Shown: positions 36,613 to 44,179 of the stretch, piece after piece
How the letters are laid out: every line of letters starts with the position of its first letter
Numbering within the stretch: the first letter of the stretch is position 1
Assembly (NCBI GenBank): GCA_022813965.1
Contig: JALDZS010000191.1
Coordinates: 1-44,179 of the forward strand
Origin: Toensbergia leucococca
Lineage: Eukaryota
Direction of reading: 5' to 3'
DNA: 44,179 bases
The notes under the pieces: model-generated
What the model saw: only the letters and a program-made list of their open reading frames with translations
What the model was told of the DNA's origin: nothing
Databases searched by the model: none
Position numbers and translations under genes: made by a program

Positions 36613-38286
36613 TTTCGGATAAATGCAAAGTACCGAGGCACGATGGCGTGGATGGCAACCAAGGTCATCACTTTATTCAAACCACCTATAATCATACTTG
36701 ACATCTTCCTGATCTTTCTCTTTCCATTTCTAGAGTCTGTGGGCAAACCACCCGTTTACGAATATGACATGATGTGGATTGAATGAACCATCAGTGCTAT
36801 AATTTATAGATGTCGGGTTTCATGCAGGCATACTCTCACTGCACCGCAGGATTCCACTGTTGATCCATCGGATGCCCACATCCGCCTTTCTCCACCACCA
36901 TCCCTTCTCCATATCATGATCGGATAGGCAGAAATCGTCAAGAAAAGTACCCAGACGAGCACTGCAACCTTCCCATGAACAGGCAGGTGGTGATTTCGAG
37001 CCAAGTCTGGCTTTCGCAATCGTTGTCTTCCAATCTGATCTAACAACATAGTCAACTGCATAGGGTCTTTTACATTTGTTCACTCGAGAGAGTCCAGCAA
37101 GGCAAAGTGAGCAGCATCCTTTGGGGATCGTCACGACTAGGTATTATTCATGTAAATGTAACGTGCAAGGATGAGGCATCTGGACCCTAATGGAGTATCC
37201 GATGGGATCACAAAGTCTGGTTGGATGGTTCGTTGATAATCTAGGTAGGTAATGCACTCCCCCGCCTTAGGGCACCATCCCGAAAAGCCGCATGGCCATT
37301 AGCCAAGCATCTTGCAAGCGTAAGCCAATCAATATCAATATCAAATTGGCATTACGAGGTACCGCGACTGAGGCTGAGAAAGAGAATGCAAGAGTCAAAG
37401 CGATTCCTAAAATGAATCTCATTGCAACCACACGCTCAACGGACTGGCATTCATCCTAGCCATTAAATCTCAACCACACATACATGACCATCTCGATACT
37501 GCTTCAAGTGGCGATGCATGATGAAGTCTTCACCCACGCATTTATCCTATTTGGACAATGGGATTATTGTTCAACTTCGATACATCGAACATGAAACACG
37601 AACTACAAGTCACGCTAAAAGACTGTGAGGGAGCATTGACTACGGAATAGCTCCCGTCTTTCTTGTCAACAGTTCAATACAGACGTCATGTTACCATAGC
37701 TCACTCAATCATTATCCGGGTATGGAAAAGACCATGGGCCGAGATACGAGAATAGCAAAGAGAAGCTTGAAAGACTTCGAAAATGTCAACATGCGTCATC
37801 CTACACGTCTTTGACACTACCTAGGTTGGTAGGTACCTATGCTCGGAGCAGATTAGGTGAAAGAAGACCCAGCGAAGAAGCTGAATCAGCACCTACCTAA
37901 GGTACTCGTACCTAGTGAGTCCGGGGGATACGGCGCTATCTCATGCTCGTTGACGACTTCGGCTCAGGAAGAAATCCTTCGAGATCCCTCGTTTCTTCCA
38001 TGGGACCAAGTAAAGTGTCAGCCTTTCCACATTTATGCTACCTATTTGACTGTAACCCTGAGCCGTCTTTTTTTTGTCATCAGGCATATATACTCGATTG
38101 TTACCATTTAGATATGTTTCAAATTCGCTATACTAATTTTACTTTGAATTTCCATCCTCGAGCTAGAATCAAGCATTTGAATCCTCGTTTCCAGCAACAA
38201 CGACTTGAAACGGCCTGGTCACTTAAATTTCCATAAAACCAATCACTTGATCCAATTTGGAGGAGTGCCCAAATACACGACCAAGT

Positions 38287-39813
38287 ATGGTCTCGTTCGA
38301 GCGACCCAGCTGGGCTGTTGTCGCCGTCGGATCTGTCGTGATTTATGCATTATACTATCTCCACTGGGAGCTGACCGTTGGAGCTTCCCGCCGGCAAATG
38401 ATTAAAGAAAATGGGTGCCAACCGATAGTGCGCCACTCGGAGTTGTATTCCTTCTTCGGCTGGGACTCTTTCAAGGAGAATATGGCTCTCATGAAATCCC
38501 ACGCCTTTCTTCCAGCTTTAAAATCCCGCTACGACCGTTTTGGTTATACCTGGACCGCTGTCATCTTGGGCTCTACCAAGATATCTACTGTGGAGCCGGA
38601 GAACGCCAAGACCATTTTGTCTCTCAAATTCAAAGACTGGGGTCTAGGGGACCGTCGAAAGTCAGCTTTCGTCCCGTTGTTAGGTCACGGCATCTTCACG
38701 ACAGATGGAGCAGCGTGGCAACACAGCCGAGAACTTCTCCGTCCTAATTTCGTCCGAACCCAAGTCGCCGACCTGGATATGTTCGATCATCACGCAGACC
38801 ACCTCATCAGTAACATCCCCACCGACAAATCAACCGTAAATCTTCAACCTCTATTCTTCCGCCTAACCCTCGACTCTGCCACTGAGTTCCTCTTTGGTGA
38901 ATCCACAGACTGTCTCCTCAACCGCGGGGGCGATGATGCTGCAGCCGGTTTCGCCGCAGCCTTCAATCGCAGTCAGGAATCCATTGCCGTCCGAGTCCGC
39001 TACGGAATTCTCGCAGATCTCTGGCCAAATAAGAACATGAAAAAGGACATTAAATTTATCCACCAATACATCGACAATTACGTCCGCAAGGGTATCGAAT
39101 ACGCCCAATCGCAAGACTCGGAAAAGACCAAATCAGAAGAAGGAGAACGCTACGTTTTCCTCCACGAACTCGCCCGCCGCACCCAAGACCCCGTCCAAAT
39201 CCGCTCCGAGCTCCTCAACATCCTCATTGCCGGCCGCGACACCACCGCCAGCTTGATGAGTAACCTCTTCTTCGTCCTCGCCAAACGCCAAGACATCTGG
39301 CAAAAGCTCCACGCCGAAGTCGACCAACTCGACGGCAAAAAACCCACCTACGCCCAGATCAAAGACATGAAATATCTGCGCATGGTCATCAACGAAATCC
39401 TCCGGCTCTACCCCGTCATCCCCGGAAACAGCCGCACGGCCGAAGTCGACACGGTCCTCCCCCTCGGCGGCGGCCCCGACGGCAAATCCCCCCTCTTCAT
39501 CGAAAAGGGCCAAGCAGTCTCCTATGCCAGCTACGCCATGCATCGCCGCCAAGACTTCTACGGCCCAGACGCCGACGAGTTCCGGCCCGAGCGCTGGGAG
39601 ACGTTGAGGCCCGGGTGGGAATACTTGCCGTTTAACGGCGGCCCGCGGATTTGCATCGGGCAGCAGTTTGCCATTACCGAAGCTTCGTATACGACGGCCA
39701 GGCTGCTGCAGACGTTCAAGGGGATTGAGAGTCGGGATCCGGCGCCTTGGACGGAGAATCTTACGCTTACGTGTGTGGGGCAGGCTTGTAAGGTTGGGCT
39801 TACGCTTGCTTGA
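38287..39813 (+). CDS. Cytochrome P450, CYP52-like alkane/fatty-acid hydroxylase
   Basis: N-terminal anchor; LLGHGIFTTDG, AGRDTTA, EILR, PERW, PFNGGPRICIGQQF; intronless. Confidence 0.93.
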   Translation: MVSFERPSWAVVAVGSVVIYALYYLHWELTVGASRRQMIKENGCQPIVRHSELYSFFGWDSFKENMALMKSHAFLPALKSRYDRFGYTWTAVILGSTKISTVEPENAKTILSLKFKDWGLGDRRKSAFVPLLGHGIFTTDGAAWQHSRELLRPNFVRTQVADLDMFDHHADHLISNIPTDKSTVNLQPLFFRLTLDSATEFLFGESTDCLLNRGGDDAAAGFAAAFNRSQESIAVRVRYGILADLWPNKNMKKDIKFIHQYIDNYVRKGIEYAQSQDSEKTKSEEGERYVFLHELARRTQDPVQIRSELLNILIAGRDTTASLMSNLFFVLAKRQDIWQKLHAEVDQLDGKKPTYAQIKDMKYLRMVINEILRLYPVIPGNSRTAEVDTVLPLGGGPDGKSPLFIEKGQAVSYASYAMHRRQDFYGPDADEFRPERWETLRPGWEYLPFNGGPRICIGQQFAITEASYTTARLLQTFKGIESRDPAPWTENLTLTCVGQACKVGLTLA

Positions 39814-41107
39814 TTGTTGATGGTGAAGGAGGGGGGGTGGAGGGGGGTTGTTGTGAAGAGTTTCTTTGTTGGTGCTTGAGGGATAATGGATTGATTACGG
39901 CTTTTTTTTTTCTTTAGAGGACGTTGATTTGTTATTTTTTTTTGGTGGCATAGGGTTATTGGGGGATTGGCGATTTAGCAACCCTTTTTTTTCTTTGTTA
40001 CCAAAGCGGGGTGTTCAACCCAAAAAGGAACAAAAACCTCCAATCTTAGATTTTCTATTGTATTTGGGGAGACGGGCTTTTTTTCTTTTGGGGGAGAAAA
40101 AATAAGTTGCATAAGAGGAAGGGTTTTAAAAAAAAACAAAAAAAAAACCTCACCTTACCACCACCACCGCTTTTCATGCCCTCAACCCATCCATTTCTTT
40201 TCACATCTATGAATTTTTTTTTCCAAGGCCCTTTGTATCGTTGAGGACGATATTAAAGGGCACGTCCTAACATCCCTAGCATTTTACATAAGGTTTCGGC
40301 TCTTTTGATTTATTTTTTTTCCAGCCAAGTCGAGCCAAGGTATTCTAGCTCCCGACCTATGCTTCCCCTTCCCCCCTAACACCAACTGACGTAAATAACA
40401 GAGTACCTTACCTAGGTACTCTACTTCCTTGACGTTTTTGGAAATGAGGATAGGCGGAGATGAATCAATGGGTTTTATCGACCCTTCAGTTTCCCTGATC
40501 CTGATGTTCGTGGTTGAACAGGAGGGGCAGAATTTTTTTCTATTTGGTGATTTTATTGGGGGGAGGGGGGGTGTTTCAGATCCGTTCCTGCGCTACTGCT
40601 AGTTTTTTGCGCTGATGTGGTTGCGTGGATGGCATTGCTTGCTGGATGGTTGGAGGGGTGAGGAAGGCTTTAGGCTTACCTATTTGGTGGAGGGGACCAT
40701 TGCAACGGTATGCGGTCATCTCTTACATATTTTCGCTCGCGAAGGAAGGATGATGGGGCGCCAGCCTAGCCTAGCCTACATACTTTGAGTACGAGTACCG
40801 TACGAGTGTACCTATCGGTGAACTGTGCGGGATGGATGGATAGATGGAGCACTGTTTGCTGACTCTGGGCCAGCCAGGGGAGGGGAAGTGGCGAGAGTGG
40901 TTACATCCCATATACGAGAGTTTTTTGATACGGGAAGGATGGATGGGGGGGTTTCGAGGTGGTAGTGGTACCTGGGCTGGGGTGAGCGGGATTGGTGTTG
41001 AATGGGGTTGTGATTGAGAAGAGCCGCTGTTTTCTTGATCCACGAATTTTGGTTTCTGTAAAGATTTGATTCATCATTAGCAGATTTCAATCAAATCAAA
41101 TCAAATC

Positions 41108-42139
41108 ATGAATAGTACAAATGGCACCAACGGGCATGTGCAGTTTGGGAACGGGGATGGGAATGGAAACGGCCACACCACCCCCCCAGCCCGCACGGCC
41201 ATCATCACCGGCTCCAGTCGCGGAATGTAAGCCTCCTCTTCTTCTCCAGCTCCTCGACCCTTCCCCATTTCTAAACAACAGCAAAACCGCAGAGGCAAAG
41301 CCATCGCCCTCCGCCTCTCGCGCTCCGGCTACAGCGTCTGCATCAACGACCTCCCCTCCCAAACCACCCACATCGACCTCACCGTCGCCGAAATAAACGC
41401 CCAGCACGACCTCCCCCCCGCCATCGGCATCGCCGCCGACGTCTCCAAGCGCGCTGAAATCGACGCCCTGATAGAGGAGTCGGTGGAGAGACTGGGGCCG
41501 TTGGATGTACTGGTTGCGAATGCGGGCGTGGAGAATGTGGCGAGTGTGTTAGAGTTGCGGGAGGAGGAGATGAGGAGGTTGTTTGATGTTAATGTTTTCG
41601 GGGTTTTTAATTGCTATCAGGCGGGCGCGAAGCAATTTATTAAGCAGGGCACGCCGGGGAAGTTGATTGGGGCTGCCAGGTAATGCCTCCCGTACTCTTT
41701 TTTTCTTGTCCCTCTTTCCCCGCGATCGATTATACCATCATATTGTGAGAGCCTTGCTAACTTGAATCTTTCTCTTTGGGATAGCATCGTGGCCTTCAAA
41801 CCCTCGCCCATGCTCTGCAACTACGCGGCCTCCAAATGGGCGGTCCGCGGCATGACCCAAGTCTTCGCCATGGAGCTCGCAAAGCACAACATCACTGTCA
41901 ACGGCTACGCGCCAGGCATCGTCGACACGCCCATGTGGCAGTATATCGTGGATCAGACGTCGGCGAAGACGGGTATGAGCAAGGAGGCCGTGGTGAAGAA
42001 GCGGACGCAGGGCATTGCTATGGGGAGGCCGGGTACGGTGGAGGATGTGGCAGGCGTGGTAGCATTTTTGGCGGGGCCGGATAGTGGGTATGTTACTGGG
42101 CAGACAATGATTGTTGATGGGGGGACCGAGTTCAGTTGA
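41108..42139 (+). CDS. Short-chain dehydrogenase/reductase, acetoin/diacetyl reductase-like; exons 41108-41226, 41293-41679, 41785-42139
   Basis: TGSSRGIG, ANAG, YAASK, PGIVDTPMW, TGQTMIVDGG; GT-AG introns in phase. Confidence 0.92.
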
Positions 42140-42679
42140 GGGTGGTTGATGAGGTTTGTAATGTGCATTCGTAAAATGGGATTGAAGCATGAGAAGGTTG
42201 GGACCGGCGACGTCATCGGTGGATAAACACGTCAGCCCTGTTTTAGGGCTTTGGCAATTAAGGAATTATCATCTTCGTCGACTGTGCTCTGTTTTGATGT
42301 TCTACATGAAAAACCATCTGAAGAAGACACCCTTTATTCTCAAGCTACTTGTCTTAATGCTAAATATGACGTGCTCTATTCTGAAGCAATACATCCTTTT
42401 GCAGGTAAAAAACAGTTTATATGCGTCAAGTCTGAGCAGTAGCTTTACCTACTGTCTCACAGCTCAATTGTGAAGCTGTCTGTAACGCAGTACAGTAATT
42501 TTGATCAGCATATTTTGAAAATTCATGAATATGAGGACTTATAGCTATATTTTAAAGCTGACACATTTATTCGACCCTTGATATTGTTTTTTTCTTACAG
42601 AAATCACATTGATTTCTGACTGCAACAATCAAAGATTTTCATGCCCTTATTCTCTGTCAGGCTCATCTTAGAGTTTCTT

Positions 42680-43445
42680 ACTTATGTTAATCTACAAACA
42701 TGAGAACCCTATATTTGTGACATGTTAATCTGATTAGAAACACAAAAAAAAAAATTTTCTTATTCTTTTATTTATTAACATTATTGAATCATTATGCCTT
42801 TAAAGGCCTCAAAGGTCTTAAAGGCTGAAAGAGATATATTTAAAGAGATATAATTAAATCTTGCTATTAATGAGTATTATAAAGCTATTGCAGCCTTTAA
42901 AAAGATCTGTATTACACTACTTACTAAGATATATAATTTAATTTCATTTACATTATAATAACAGATCAGTGAAACTCATCATTCTTATCAGAAGAGTTAG
43001 AAGAATAGATAGTGACTTACTTCTATAAAAGAGAAAGTGTTAAAGATGTAAATTCTTTAGATAGCATAATAAGATTAATCTCTTAAAGTTGCTTATATTC
43101 AATTTATAAAAAGTAAGATACTAGTAAAGAAGAGAGATTATAAAGATATGTCTTTATCTTAATATCTTCTTATATAAGAGCTTATTTATAAATAGGACTA
43201 AGAGTTAACTGAGTCACAAAATATCTAAAATGTTATTCTCTTATACAAAGTGCATTTAGTTAGTCACTAAATAAGAAATGCAATGCAATGCATAATAAAA
43301 TAAGCATAAGAGAGTGACTTAAGAAGGTGAAAACAAACATACAAAAGCATAACATTCTGAAGAAAGATACATATAACATAAATAAGAAAGAATGTTGTTT
43401 TAATAATGCTGACAAGATGTGAGTTCTTGTAAGGATCTCTTATAA
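42680..43445 (+). mobile_element. RIP-degraded pogo/Fot1-type (Tc1/mariner) transposon, 5' part
   Basis: From ATG 42794 a stop-riddled frame gives HTH-like ..TKIYNLISFTL**QISETH..NR**LTSIKEKVL.., and later KHNILKKDTYNINKKE (decayed IYNMDEKG-type motif); very AT- and TpA-rich. Confidence 0.75.
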
Positions 43446-44055
43446 GATTCTAAATTCTAAGTGTAATTAGAAGATGCCTAGCTATCTAGGTGTTAAATCA
43501 CTAGATATACTGTAATGATATCAAGTGACTTAGAGTTGCTAACTTATCTACTACCCTAGCTTTAAGAAAGCACTGTAACAATTGCTCATTATCAAAAGAT
43601 TATCTTATGTCCTCATGAATTCTTCATGATTTTCCTTGCCCTTATGACCTATACTTATACTCCTTTATGATCTATTTAGATCATAATGATAATAGTGAGG
43701 TGATTGAAGTGATGTTAGAGATTTGGTCAGTTTTATAGGCAAAATAGCGGCTGATTCTCTGTAAAAAGTCATTAGTTTTAAAGGTATTCATTTGAATTGA
43801 TTGACGTGCCTGCAAGTTGCTAGGGATTTCTGTACTTTTGCAAGTCAAAATGTTATGTTATCTCTTAGTGATTTTGAATTCATTTAAGTGCATGACTTCA
43901 TGCTTAGAAGTTATGTTTTTGATGCTAAAGATGAATTTTATTTAGTATGTGAATCTGAGGTAATATCTCCGTGCTTGTCTAGTAAAATAAGAGCTCATAA
44001 ATTATTGAAAAGGTCTTAGATTATAAGTTTTATGATTAGTAAGGTATATGTGATA
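43446..44055. mobile_element. AT-rich degenerate repeat of undetermined class
   Basis: CpG-poor, TpA-rich, no ORF; contiguous with the pogo relic. Confidence 0.45.
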
Positions 44056-44179
44056 TGTCATGGTGCAAGGCCAAGAGGCCTGCCAAGGCCTTGGACCCTG
44101 CCTAGTCACGCGTTAGCGTGCTCCTTTTCGTCTGAGGTTAAATAACCTTTCAACCTCGTTCTCCTCTTGTTTCCTTCGT
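44056..44179 (+). mobile_element. Probable start of an LTR running off the window
   Basis: Abrupt change from AT-rich to GC-balanced, CpG-containing sequence beginning TGTCA. Confidence 0.4.

Noticed and set aside
37815..40425. TAGGTA/GTAC palindromes (for example GAGTACCT-TACCT-AGGTACTC at 40401)
   Set aside because: Short motifs common in ascomycete intergenic DNA; no specific function can be supported.
43491..43580. TG..CA-bounded segment as a solo LTR
   Set aside because: Only 90 bp, with no target-site duplication or second copy.

Overview
Eukaryotic DNA from a filamentous ascomycete (Pezizomycotina-type GT-AG introns with CTRAC/CTAAT branch sites, RIP-like AT-rich transposon relics). 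Conserved genes: Phe-type DAHP synthase (ARO3), cytochrome c1 (CYT1), an RTA1-like membrane protein, a CYP52-like P450, an acetoin-reductase-like SDR, a large GPI-type cell-wall protein and a ~1540-aa modin-like multidomain protein. Between them lie orphan ORFs (three start with N-myristoylation-type MGxxxS[KR]), several MITE-like inverted repeats, and a decayed pogo/Fot1 element plus a probable LTR start at the right end. The most unusual signal is hidden from the ORF track: about ten disrupted copies of one unannotated spliced gene family at 12.0-14.2 kb (minus, tandem), 19.0-19.6 kb (plus) and 24.0-26.2 kb (plus). They share a 69-nt 'SAE[KR][VM]EL' exon and a homologous 58-63-nt phase-2 intron, followed by a divergent, repeat-prone last exon. 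All exon models and family assignments were made by eye.
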